From positions 33,929-97,928 of the forward strand of contig JAYVIN010000020.1 in assembly GCA_043770135.1 (NCBI GenBank): DNA of 64,000 bases. The letters are read 5' to 3'. A program made the position numbers and the translations under genes. This document shows, piece after piece, positions 47,272 through 55,685 of this stretch. The first letter of the stretch is position 1. Each line of letters begins with the position of its first letter. The notes beneath the pieces were generated by a model. The model saw only the letters and a program-made list of their open reading frames with translations. It did not search any database and was not told the DNA's origin. Origin of the DNA: Flavobacterium sp. Its GTDB lineage: Bacteria; Bacteroidota; Bacteroidia; Flavobacteriales; Flavobacteriaceae.

Positions 47272-48837
47272 TTTATTTTGATGGGCAATTTTCACAAAAT
47301 AAATTCCATTTGATAGATAAGAAAAATCATTGTTTGAAATGTTTTTCCCTTCAAATATCTTATTTCCTGAGCTAGAATATAATTCAAAACTATCCTCATT
47401 TACATTTGTACTCAAAATAATTTTTGATTGAAAAGGATTTTCAACAACATAAATTTCATCATTATTTTTCAGAAATGAATCAGTTGCTAATGTAGAACAG
47501 CTTATTCCCGTTCCGACCAAAGTTACCATTTGTGAACACAAATAATTATAATTCGAACTATCTGTTTCCGTCATTATGCCAGTCAATAAATTGGTTGTTT
47601 CGCTAGGATTTGTTGTCAAATTGAAAAATCTTTCGTTTCCGTTTGCAAATTTTATCAATTTATAAGTATCGTTTCTTATTGCCTTACCATCATTTGTGGA
47701 AGGTGTTACTTTAAAAAGTTCGGTAAATGCCCAGGGTCTGGCCGTTGTTTGTGTATTCAAAATTATCGGTAACAAACTTTTACTGTCAACTGTTGTAGTC
47801 GGAATTTGAGTTTGCCAATTGGTATTCCCAAACAATTCTAAAATAGTAGCAAATAAATCGGTCGTATTTACAACTGCGTTGCTCCCTCGGTTTGGACTGA
47901 CTACATCTGGACCGGAAATAATAAATGGAACATTCACACCGCCTTGATAAATTGTTCCTTTGGAAGGAGAAGTTTGCGCAACAGAATTTTCATTGCCGTT
48001 ATCTCCAATAAAAACAATATCGGTATTATCCCATTTTCCAGAACTAACCAAATAGTCAAAAAAGCGACCAATTTCGGTATCCATTGCTTCGGTCATTGCT
48101 TGAAAATAGGCTTTGGGATTAGCAGCGACATCAACAGAAGTTCCTGACAAGGTATTGTTTGTCAACAAATTTGTTGGGGGTAAGTGATAGGGTGTGTGCG
48201 GAGCATTGAAAGCCATTTGTAAGTAAAATGGTTTCGTAGGATTTGTTGATGCAAGATTTGAAAGATAAGCGATTGAATTATTCACAACTTCTGTGGTGGC
48301 ATAATTAGTGGAAGTCGAACTTACGCCATTAGTTATTTTTGTCCAATTGCTATACCCTGTTATTGCGGCGCCTAATCCACCGGATAAATTACCCTCGTAG
48401 TGGTCAAAACCCAAGGTGTTTGGATAGCTATATCCAACGGGTCCAGAGGCGGTTACGTGCCATTTTCCGATACAGGCTTTTGCAATTCCGTTTGGAGAAA
48501 AGATATTCAAGACTTTTGGAATCGTATTTTCTGTTAAACTTAATTGAGGATTTGTGCCTCCTACCACATCGCCCACACCAGTTCTGAAACTGTAACGACC
48601 TGTCAATATCCCAGCGCGGGTAGGTGAACAAAGCGGATTTGACCACGCATTATTAAACACAATTCCTCGGGGCAAAAGTCGTTTTACATTAGTTAAGTTT
48701 ACAGTTAGCGGAGAATGATCTGGATAAATATCGCAATATTCTTTGCCTAAATCATCTGCAATTATCAAAACTACGTTCCGTTGAGCACTGAGCTGAAAAC
48801 AAACTATAGCAAAAAGAAGAGTTGTTGTTTTTTTCAT
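47248..48837 (-). CDS. Sulfatase (formylglycine-dependent) with a T9SS type A C-terminal sorting domain
   Basis: Signal peptide, the CSPTRAGILTGRY sulfatase signature and DDLG metal site. C-terminal ~80 aa end in GIYFVKIAHQNKVFKVIKE. Confidence 0.85.
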   Translation of the reverse strand: MKKTTTLLFAIVCFQLSAQRNVVLIIADDLGKEYCDIYPDHSPLTVNLTNVKRLLPRGIVFNNAWSNPLCSPTRAGILTGRYSFRTGVGDVVGGTNPQLSLTENTIPKVLNIFSPNGIAKACIGKWHVTASGPVGYSYPNTLGFDHYEGNLSGGLGAAITGYSNWTKITNGVSSTSTNYATTEVVNNSIAYLSNLASTNPTKPFYLQMAFNAPHTPYHLPPTNLLTNNTLSGTSVDVAANPKAYFQAMTEAMDTEIGRFFDYLVSSGKWDNTDIVFIGDNGNENSVAQTSPSKGTIYQGGVNVPFIISGPDVVSPNRGSNAVVNTTDLFATILELFGNTNWQTQIPTTTVDSKSLLPIILNTQTTARPWAFTELFKVTPSTNDGKAIRNDTYKLIKFANGNERFFNLTTNPSETTNLLTGIMTETDSSNYNYLCSQMVTLVGTGISCSTLATDSFLKNNDEIYVVENPFQSKIILSTNVNEDSFELYSSSGNKIFEGKNISNNDFSYLSNGIYFVKIAHQNKVFKVIKE

Positions 48838-48854
48838 TTTTTATATTATTCCAT

Positions 48855-50216
48855 TTATTTTTTAAGTACAACTTTGTAGCTTTTGCTTTGTCCACGATCT
48901 GAAATTTTTACAAAATACACACCATTATAAACGGTGTCTGTTTCGATAATTGACAAAGTACTTCCTTGCAAAATTTTTGAGGTTTTTACAATTTGTCCTA
49001 GCTCATTAATCAATTCGACTTTTCTATCATTTTTAGCCATTTCGGTTTGGATAGCTATAAAATCTTGTGTTGGATTTGGATAAATAACCACTTTAGCATT
49101 CTCTAAATCAAAAGAGTCATTAGATAAATAAGTAGTTGTTCCGGTTGGAACTGTTGTAACTGCTGTAACTACTTTATTGCCATAAAATGTAGGTCCAACA
49201 ACATACGGATAAGCAGAATTATGATTGGCATCTACAGTAGTAAAGTAACAATAGATTCCATTTGGGTATAAAGATGCCGGATACTCTGGCGTATTGCAAA
49301 CTCTACCATTATGAACATCTAAAAAAGCAGCGTCGCCAGTATGCGAAACATATTCATAATCTTCTCTGAAATAGCCATTAAAGAAAGTTTGAGTGCCAAC
49401 AACTTGCCCAACAGCGGGTCCATTAATTCTCGTAGTTTGGTTTTTCAATTGAAAACTCGATTTCATTCTTGTAATTGCACCTGTTCCGTTGGTATTAGCG
49501 TACCCATAAGCACCATAAATAGGAAAATCATCGTAAGCATATCCTAACAAAGGGGAGTGTTGTGAAGTATTGATAACATACAAGCCGTCAGAAGGGTAAG
49601 TGTCGCAAACGTTTGACAAAACGGTCAAATCTAATTTAAAAGCACTCGGATTTTGGTGATGGTGGTAATTTCCCATAGCCGGATGTGCTTTGGCACAATC
49701 AAAACCAGCTCTCTCGGCTGGAATTGCATCTCGATTCCAAGCTTGTGTTGTTCCCATTCCGCCCGGACAGGTTGGGTTTCCTGGTCCACCACAAAGAGCA
49801 CCTGTTGTATTATTCCACGCTACGCCGTCTCGATAATCGTATAATGCCACGCCGTTAATAAAAACCCCAATATTCCCTCCCGTTGTTGCTGTAGGCGTTC
49901 CTGTATTTTGAGTTGGATTTAGTGTGACCTTGAAAATCTTGTTTTGAGCGGTCGCTATCGATGGATTTCCGTCTTGAAAAGGACCCGTAATGTATGCTGG
50001 AATTCCAGTTGCTGCGATATAAACATCTGTGGTATTATATTTTACGGATTGTACATTGGCCTGAACCGCATCAACAATGGGGGTTGAATTTCCGGTCACA
50101 TAATGACGACCCGTTATTCCGGTTGTGTTTTGTAGCCAAGCTGTAATGGCTGGATTGGTTTGAGCATTTGATATAAATGCTACAAATAAACTAAAGAATA
50201 CAATTGATTTTTTCAT
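48855..50216 (-). CDS. YHYH-domain protein with a T9SS type A C-terminal sorting domain
   Basis: Signal peptide, a His-rich core (AHPAMGNYHHHQNP; DDFPIYGAYGY) resembling the YHYH family, and a C-terminal GVYFVKISDRGQSKSYKVVLKK sorting domain. Confidence 0.6.
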   Translation of the reverse strand: MKKSIVFFSLFVAFISNAQTNPAITAWLQNTTGITGRHYVTGNSTPIVDAVQANVQSVKYNTTDVYIAATGIPAYITGPFQDGNPSIATAQNKIFKVTLNPTQNTGTPTATTGGNIGVFINGVALYDYRDGVAWNNTTGALCGGPGNPTCPGGMGTTQAWNRDAIPAERAGFDCAKAHPAMGNYHHHQNPSAFKLDLTVLSNVCDTYPSDGLYVINTSQHSPLLGYAYDDFPIYGAYGYANTNGTGAITRMKSSFQLKNQTTRINGPAVGQVVGTQTFFNGYFREDYEYVSHTGDAAFLDVHNGRVCNTPEYPASLYPNGIYCYFTTVDANHNSAYPYVVGPTFYGNKVVTAVTTVPTGTTTYLSNDSFDLENAKVVIYPNPTQDFIAIQTEMAKNDRKVELINELGQIVKTSKILQGSTLSIIETDTVYNGVYFVKISDRGQSKSYKVVLKK

Positions 50217-50276
50217 TTGAATGTGGTTTTAGGTTATTTTTTAGACGAAATCCTTTCTTTATTCGTGCGAAAAAAA

Positions 50277-51305
50277 TTAATTATTTTCTTTCGGATACGA
50301 AAATCTTGGATTAAATAGAAATTCAGTGTCGGTTAAAGTCTTTAAAAAAGCAACAATCTCTGTTCTTTCATTATCAGAAAGACGCATTGGCTTTTGCAAT
50401 TGCTTGGATAAAGTTTTGCTTTTTTGAATTCCTGAATTGTAATGTTTGACAACTGCTGTCAAGGTTTTGAATCGTCCATCGTGCATATACGGAAAGGTAA
50501 ATTCTATATTTCGCAAGCTAGGTACTTTAAATTTTAAGGAATCGTTCGGGTTTTGAGTAATTTTCATTCGTCCAAAATCATTCAATGTCGTATCTACAGC
50601 CAAACCATTATTTTCAAATTTAGTACTGGTAAGTAAAGGCTCGATGTGGCAAGAAGCGCAATTTGCCTTAAACAAATTATATCCCTTTTGTTCTATTTCG
50701 GTAAACTTTAGTTCTTTTCGCATTACTTTATCGTATTTCGAATTAGCTGTTGTTAGCATTAGAACAAATTGCGAAATTGCTTTTAACAATAGTTGTCCTG
50801 TGATTTTTTGGGTTCCAAATGTTTTTTCAAATAAGGCTTGGTATTTTGCGTTTTTTTGAAGTTTAGAAACCACATTTTCTAAAGTTTCATTCATTTCAAC
50901 TTCGCTGGTTATTGGCGCGATCGCCTGAACATCAAGATGATTCACCCCTCCGTCCCACATAAACGTCTTGTTCCAAGCCAAGTTTTGTAGGGTCAATGTG
51001 TTTCGAGTGCCAATTTTACCTTCGATTCCGTGGCTCAAATCGTGGTCAACGTGTGTAAAACCGGTTTGTTGCAAATGACAACTCGCGCACGAAATGGTGT
51101 TGTCTTTGGATAAAATGGGATCATAAAATAACTGTCGCCCCAATTGAAAACCTTCTTCAGTTAATGGATTTTTCTTGAAATCGTAGGTTGGTTTTGGAAA
51201 ACCTCTTGGAATATCGAAATAAAGTGGAGTTGTTTCTATCCAATAAAAACCTATTGAAATTACGATTCCTAAAAACAAAAAAAGATATTTGAATTGGTCT
51301 TTCAT
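50277..51305 (-). CDS. Di-haem cytochrome c peroxidase family enzyme (MauG/MbnH-like)
   Basis: Two CxxCH haem motifs (SCASCHLQ and NCASCHIE), PSLRNI and PYMHDG motifs. ATGA overlap with the upstream MbnP-like gene. Confidence 0.8.
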   Translation of the reverse strand: MKDQFKYLFLFLGIVISIGFYWIETTPLYFDIPRGFPKPTYDFKKNPLTEEGFQLGRQLFYDPILSKDNTISCASCHLQQTGFTHVDHDLSHGIEGKIGTRNTLTLQNLAWNKTFMWDGGVNHLDVQAIAPITSEVEMNETLENVVSKLQKNAKYQALFEKTFGTQKITGQLLLKAISQFVLMLTTANSKYDKVMRKELKFTEIEQKGYNLFKANCASCHIEPLLTSTKFENNGLAVDTTLNDFGRMKITQNPNDSLKFKVPSLRNIEFTFPYMHDGRFKTLTAVVKHYNSGIQKSKTLSKQLQKPMRLSDNERTEIVAFLKTLTDTEFLFNPRFSYPKENN

Positions 51306-52006
51306 TCTAATCGAAACATATTTTTAGAAAAGGCTGCCATTTGCATGCCTTCTACTCCGGGAATCATTATGGTGTGTTTTTGTTTTAAATCAATATTTTC
51401 AAATAAATTCGCCAAATCAACAGCTAAATTCAAGTTGTCATTTCGATTTACGTTTTCATTATAATTTAATTCAATGGCTCGCATGGCGTAATTTGGTTTT
51501 TGATAACCACCAATATGAAACTGAAACCCATTTTTTCGGGTTTTGCAACTTGTACTTCTGCCTTCAATTTTCATGTTGATGTACCCACTTTGCCATGCCC
51601 AATACATGCCGTTTTGTAAATCTAAATCTTCGGATAATGCTCCTGAAACACTCGATAAACTATCAATTCCGATGTTAAATTGTATTTTAGATATATTTTT
51701 ATTGGTTTTTTTGCCAATTGGAATTTGCAAGGATTCCAGTTTTTCAATATCAATTAAATGATGTTTTTTTTGAAGGGAAAAAGTTGTTTTGTCATTATAT
51801 TGAATTTCGATTTCAGAAAGGTAAAACTTAAATACGTTGATTTGTAAAGTGTCGTTTCTTGAAATATAACTTTTATTTAATTCTAAAATTTGGTCTTTAA
51901 ATTTCAAATTAATTTTTAAATACACAGAATCCTTTTGAGCTTGTGCCAACGAACTCTGGAAAAATAACATTCCAATTAAAAAACTAAAAATGATAGATTT
52001 AGTCAT
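51302..52006 (-). CDS. MbnP-like protein (partner of the di-haem enzyme)
   Basis: Signal peptide from MTKSIIFSFLIGMLFFQSSLAQA. Motifs FKFYLSEIEI, GMYWAWQSGYINMKIEGR and FQFHIGG resemble the MbnP family. Start taken at 52006; the tracked 52072 start would overlap the upstream gene by 74 nt. Confidence 0.6.
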   Translation of the reverse strand: MTKSIIFSFLIGMLFFQSSLAQAQKDSVYLKINLKFKDQILELNKSYISRNDTLQINVFKFYLSEIEIQYNDKTTFSLQKKHHLIDIEKLESLQIPIGKKTNKNISKIQFNIGIDSLSSVSGALSEDLDLQNGMYWAWQSGYINMKIEGRSTSCKTRKNGFQFHIGGYQKPNYAMRAIELNYNENVNRNDNLNLAVDLANLFENIDLKQKHTIMIPGVEGMQMAAFSKNMFRLE

Positions 52007-52454
52007 TTCTAGGCCTTTGTTTTTTTGAAAATATTTGAGACAGTTCTGTAGTAAGAATATTAAAATCAGCAATCTGCTCGTCTTTACAAATACTTTTAAT
52101 GTCTAAATAATGATTAAAGTGTACGTTTTCTATTTGGTTTTGTTGCTTTGAAATCAAATGAATCAAACTGTCTTTTTTTGCTTCGTTGATTGTATTGGTA
52201 TTCAACAACTGATACAATTCGTTTTTAGTACTGTTTATTGCATCATTCAAAGTTCTAATTTCATGTCGATGGTCATCAATTTTAGTTTCGTAAAGAGCTA
52301 TTTGTTGCTTGTCAAAATGTAGTTTTTCGATAATTATTTCTTCTGGCATTCTCTTTTCGAAACCTTTATTTGAAAAGATAAAAAAACAGACCAAGCCGAT
52401 ATTCAACAATACTAGACTTACTATCAAAAAAGTTAAGAGCTTAATTTTGTTCAT
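51999..52454 (-). CDS. Membrane-anchored helical periplasmic protein, Spy/CpxP-like (periplasmic metal-sensor type)
   Basis: 151 aa with an N-terminal TM anchor, then helical repeats with an LHFDKQQ...HRHE...HFNHY pattern. Positioned after the sigma and small-TM-protein genes. Confidence 0.45.
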   Translation of the reverse strand: MNKIKLLTFLIVSLVLLNIGLVCFFIFSNKGFEKRMPEEIIIEKLHFDKQQIALYETKIDDHRHEIRTLNDAINSTKNELYQLLNTNTINEAKKDSLIHLISKQQNQIENVHFNHYLDIKSICKDEQIADFNILTTELSQIFSKKQRPRND

Positions 52455-52458
52455 TTTG

Positions 52459-52728
52459 CTAATTATAAAGTTGGTTATTGTTTATAATAGAATTCGCTAA
52501 TAATTCTGAATCAGAGATTTTTTTATTGGAATTCGAAATCACAAAAGCAACATTCAAAGATACTAGAAGTGCGATTGAAGCTGCTGCAACCCAAATCCAT
52601 TTCGTTGCTATCGTGTTTTTATTATTTATTGATCTTTGAATTCTTGAAAATAACAAATCATTCGGTTCCACTTTTGTAATTCCGTTGGTGCTACTCAAAA
52701 TCTCGAAAATAAAATTCTCTTGGTTCAT
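52459..52728 (-). CDS. Small single-pass membrane protein, candidate anti-sigma factor
   Basis: 89 aa with a central TM helix (WIWVAAASIALLVSLNVAFVI). It lies 20 nt after the ECF sigma gene and has no zinc-binding HxxxCxxC motif. Confidence 0.4.
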   Translation of the reverse strand: MNQENFIFEILSSTNGITKVEPNDLLFSRIQRSINNKNTIATKWIWVAAASIALLVSLNVAFVISNSNKKISDSELLANSIINNNQLYN

Positions 52729-52748
52729 AATTAGTTAGACGTTTTAAA

Positions 52749-53294
52749 TTATTTTTTCTTGTGATATTCTTGAAATTTATTTGAAAGTTTTTCTCTTAAA
52801 GTTGATTTTGCTCTAAATACAAGCGATTCTACTGCTGAAATACTGACTTGCATAATTTCCGCAATTTCAGGATTACTCAAGCCATCGATTTTCGAAAGTA
52901 TAAAAGCCGTTTTCTGATTTTCATTCAATTCATTGATAACCTTAAACAAAACGGCTGCGTTTTCTTTATTTTCTAATATAATACCTGGATGTTCAAAATT
53001 GGATGTATTTAAAATTTCGAATTCATTTCGAGACTTTTTTCCAAAAACAAAAAAACGTTTTTGACTATTTTTATGTTTGATAAAATCCAAGCATTTATTG
53101 ATTGTAATGCGATAAATCCAAGTTTTGAGAGTCGATTTTTCTTTAAATTTTGATATGGATTCGTGTAACTGGACAAATACATCTTGTGTAATTTCTTCGG
53201 CATCTTCTATGTTTTGCAAATAATGGAGTGCAACGTTATAAACTAAGGCGTTGTAGTTTTTGTACAAGGTTATAAAGTTTTGCGAGCTAATCAT
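52749..53294 (-). CDS. ECF-type RNA polymerase sigma-70 factor
   Basis: Region 2 (DAEEITQDVFVQL...TWIYRITINKCLDF) and region 4 (LNENQKTAFILSKIDGLSNPEIAEIMQVSISAVESLVFRAK). Confidence 0.9.
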   Translation of the reverse strand: MISSQNFITLYKNYNALVYNVALHYLQNIEDAEEITQDVFVQLHESISKFKEKSTLKTWIYRITINKCLDFIKHKNSQKRFFVFGKKSRNEFEILNTSNFEHPGIILENKENAAVLFKVINELNENQKTAFILSKIDGLSNPEIAEIMQVSISAVESLVFRAKSTLREKLSNKFQEYHKKK

Positions 53295-53464
53295 CTAAGA
53301 AATATAATAGCGTAAGAATACGAAAAATCTAAAATGGTTTACTGTTTTAACTGAATATTTTAAAATGTATTTTTGAATTTTAATCCAAATCTTTAGAAAT
53401 CATAATCTTATATAATTTATCGATTTTTTTTAAACAAAACCCTTGTGTCGTTAAATTAATATCT

Positions 53465-53472
53465 TACATTTG
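53465..53472 (+). promoter_or_regulatory. Candidate -7 box (TACATTTG) of the tRNA promoter
   Basis: TAnnTTTG match 46 nt upstream of tRNA-Gly, with a TTG at 53443-53445 in roughly -33 position. Confidence 0.45.
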
Positions 53473-53517
53473 CACTCGCAATACAAAATAGTATTGGCAT
53501 GCCTAAAATATTGAATT

Positions 53518-53590
53518 GCGAAAATAGCTCAGTTGGTAGAGCGCGACCTTGCCAAGGTCGAGGTCGCGGGTTCGAGCCCCGTTTTTCGCT
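53518..53590 (+). tRNA. tRNA-Gly (anticodon GCC)
   Basis: Hand-folded cloverleaf. Acceptor GCGAAAA/TTTTCGC, D-arm GCTC-AGTTGGTA-GAGC, anticodon arm CGACC-TTGCCAA-GGTCG and T-arm GCGGG-TTCGAGC-CCCGT. No encoded CCA. Confidence 0.95.
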
Positions 53591-53656
53591 CAAAACCATA
53601 CTGCTTAGTAGGCTTTAAATTGATTTTCAATTAAGTTTAAAAACGAAAAGCAAAAT

Positions 53657-53742
53657 GCTCGGATGGTGAAATTGGTAGACACGCTGGACTTAAAATCCAG
53701 TGAACAGCAATGTTCGTGCGGGTTCAAGTCCCGCTCTGAGTA
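53657..53742 (+). tRNA. tRNA-Leu (anticodon TAA), class II with a long variable arm
   Basis: Acceptor GCTCGGA/TCTGAGT (two G.U pairs), anticodon arm CTGGA-CTTAAAA-TCCAG, variable arm GAAC-AGCAAT-GTTC and T-arm GCGGG-TTCAAGT-CCCGC. Confidence 0.93.
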
Positions 53743-53750
53743 CTCTTGAA

Positions 53751-53790
53751 AACCGTAAAGATTTAATTGTTAATTCTTTGCGGTTTTTTT
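53751..53790 (+). terminator. Rho-independent terminator after the tRNA pair
   Basis: Stem ACCGTAAAG / CTTTGCGGT (one G.U pair) followed by T7. Confidence 0.7.
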
Positions 53791-53872
53791 ATGTCTTGTT
53801 TCTAAAATGAATCACTCTTAGAATGAATCCTAATAATTATAAAAATATAAATTTTCAGGATAGATCAAAAAA

Positions 53873-53895
53873 AAAGCTACGCAATGCGTAGCTTT
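53873..53895. terminator. Bidirectional terminator hairpin
   Basis: AAAGCTACGC-AAT-GCGTAGCTTT flanked by an A-run (5') and a T-run (3'). It lies 24 nt downstream of the 61-aa lipoprotein gene on the minus strand. Confidence 0.7.
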
Positions 53896-53918
53896 GTTTT
53901 TTCTGTAATTTTTAAAAA

Positions 53919-54104
53919 TTACTCAGCAGCAGGTGCAGCAACAGCAGTTGTGTCAGTAGTTGTAGTATCAACAACTACAGCAGTAGTATCAACAATTACA
54001 GCAGTAGTGTCAACAGCTACTTCTTCAGCAGGAGCTTCAGCTTTTTTACAAGATACAACAGTCAAAACGGCAACAACAGCTAAACTTAAAAGTACTTTTT
54101 TCAT
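53919..54104 (-). CDS. Small (61 aa) lipoprotein with VDTTAV repeats
   Basis: Signal peptide plus lipobox MKKVLLSLAVVAVLTVVSC. The mature part is Ala/Thr/Val/Asp-rich with VDTTAVIVDTTAVVVDTTTTDTTAV. It has its own -7 box and terminator. Confidence 0.55.
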   Translation of the reverse strand: MKKVLLSLAVVAVLTVVSCKKAEAPAEEVAVDTTAVIVDTTAVVVDTTTTDTTAVAAPAAE

Positions 54105-54140
54105 CTTATTAATTATAAAAGGTTAATTATTAATTCGTGG

Positions 54141-54148
54141 CAAAGATA
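54141..54148 (-). promoter_or_regulatory. Candidate -7 box (TATCTTTG on the minus strand) for the 61-aa lipoprotein gene
   Basis: TAnnTTTG match 37 nt upstream of the ATG at 54104. Confidence 0.4.
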
Positions 54149-54300
54149 TAAATTTTTTAATAGTTAAAATATTTTTTTACTTTTTTTTTAAATAAAATCA
54201 CTCTTTTTTATTGATGTTTTGTTTGAAAATGCGACTATAACGTTATAATATTAATATATCTTCAACAGAATTAGTCAAAGTTCTGCTAAAAATTGAATTA

Positions 54301-55542
54301 TTACGTTAAATTCTTTGAAATATGATTTACAATAATTGCCGTCGCTCCCTGATTCATTTGGACAAAAGTGCTACAAATATGCCCTTTTTCATTTCGGATA
54401 GCATCATTTGAAATTAAATTGGAGAAAGCGTCTTTAAGTTCATTAAGATTAGAAACGGAAACACAGCCATCAAGGTTTATTAATGCTATAGCTTCGGCAA
54501 AGTGAGAAAAGTTTGAACCTATTACGATTGGTATGCCAAAAGTAGCGGGTTCTAATAGGTTATGAACACCTGGATTACCAAAACCGCCTCCAACATAAGC
54601 AATTTCGGCATAACTATAAATTTTAGTCAAAATCCCTATGGTGTCGATAATGAAAACATCGTAATCAGCTAAATTTTTTATTTCCTTTTCCGAAAATAAA
54701 ACTACTTTTTTAGTAATAGAATTTTTCAATTCATCAATTTGAGAGTCTTTGATAGTATGCGGTGCAATGATAAACTTTACTTTTTCGGTGGTTTTATTGA
54801 TGTAATCAACCAGTAAACACTCATCTTTAGGCCATGAACTTCCTACCACAATCGTTAAAGTATTGTTTTTAAAGTTTTCAATAAAATCTAATGAGTTGTC
54901 TTTTTCTAAAATAGATGCCACTCTATCAAAACGCGTATCGCCAGAAATGGCTACATTGGTTTTATGGAGTTTCAATAATAGCGTTTTTGATCTTTCATTT
55001 TGAACAAAAAAATGGGTGAAAGCATCCAATGCTTTTCTGTAGAATCCGCCATACCATTTAAAAAACATCTGGTTTTCTCTAAATATCCCAGAAATTAGAT
55101 AAGTAGGGGTCTTGCGTTTTTTTAGTGCGTTCAAGTAATTGGGCCAAAATTCATATTTAATAAAAAATGCCATTTCTGGCTGAACCAATTTCAAAAACCG
55201 AGAAACATTTTTTGTAGTATCTGAAGGTAAATAGATAGTGATGTCGGCCATCAAATTGTTTTTTCTGACTTCATAGCCCGAGGGTGAGAAAAAACTAATA
55301 AGGATTTTGTGGTCTGTGAATTTTTCTTTTATTTTTTCAATTACGGGTAATCCTTGTTCATATTCGCCTAGTGAAGCAGCATGAAACCAAATAACTTTAT
55401 CATTTGGTTTTATTTTATCTTGCAAAATTTCAAATACAGTTTTTCTTCCTTCAACAAAAAGCTTGATTTTTGGACTGAATACGGCGAAGATTTTCAATAA
55501 AAAATCCGCAATCTGAACTATTAGATTATATAAAAAAAACAT
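54301..55542 (-). CDS. waaA: 3-deoxy-D-manno-octulosonic acid (Kdo) transferase
   Basis: N-terminal membrane anchor and WFHAASLGEYEQGLPVIE (the conserved S-x-GE motif) in a GT30-like two-domain layout. Confidence 0.85.
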   Translation of the reverse strand: MFFLYNLIVQIADFLLKIFAVFSPKIKLFVEGRKTVFEILQDKIKPNDKVIWFHAASLGEYEQGLPVIEKIKEKFTDHKILISFFSPSGYEVRKNNLMADITIYLPSDTTKNVSRFLKLVQPEMAFFIKYEFWPNYLNALKKRKTPTYLISGIFRENQMFFKWYGGFYRKALDAFTHFFVQNERSKTLLLKLHKTNVAISGDTRFDRVASILEKDNSLDFIENFKNNTLTIVVGSSWPKDECLLVDYINKTTEKVKFIIAPHTIKDSQIDELKNSITKKVVLFSEKEIKNLADYDVFIIDTIGILTKIYSYAEIAYVGGGFGNPGVHNLLEPATFGIPIVIGSNFSHFAEAIALINLDGCVSVSNLNELKDAFSNLISNDAIRNEKGHICSTFVQMNQGATAIIVNHISKNLT

Positions 55543-55611
55543 ATCGAAATTTTTCTGAGGCTAAAATACGTTTTCTTTTAAATATCTATAAAATCATTCT
55601 GCTAAAATCCT

Positions 55612-55619
55612 TATTTTTG
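55612..55619 (+). promoter_or_regulatory. Candidate -7 box (TATTTTTG) for the aminotransferase gene
   Basis: TAnnTTTG match 67 nt upstream of the ATG at 55686. The leader contains CTTTGTG direct repeats. Confidence 0.35.
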
Positions 55620-55685
55620 CCTTGAACGTAAAACTTTGTGTGCTTTGTGATTTGCTTAGTGTGCCTTGTGGTTAAATAAAGTTAA

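Noticed and set aside
53518-53742. tRNA genes as a possible genomic-island integration site
   Set aside because: No integrase, direct repeat of a tRNA 3' end or mobility gene lies nearby. The flanking genes (ECF operon, waaA) show no clear island boundary that I can see by eye.
53884-54126. 80-aa plus-strand ORF overlapping the 61-aa lipoprotein gene
   Set aside because: Both frames are open because of the repetitive GCA/ACA/GTA composition. Only the minus-strand ORF has a signal peptide with lipobox, a -7 box at the right distance and a downstream terminator.
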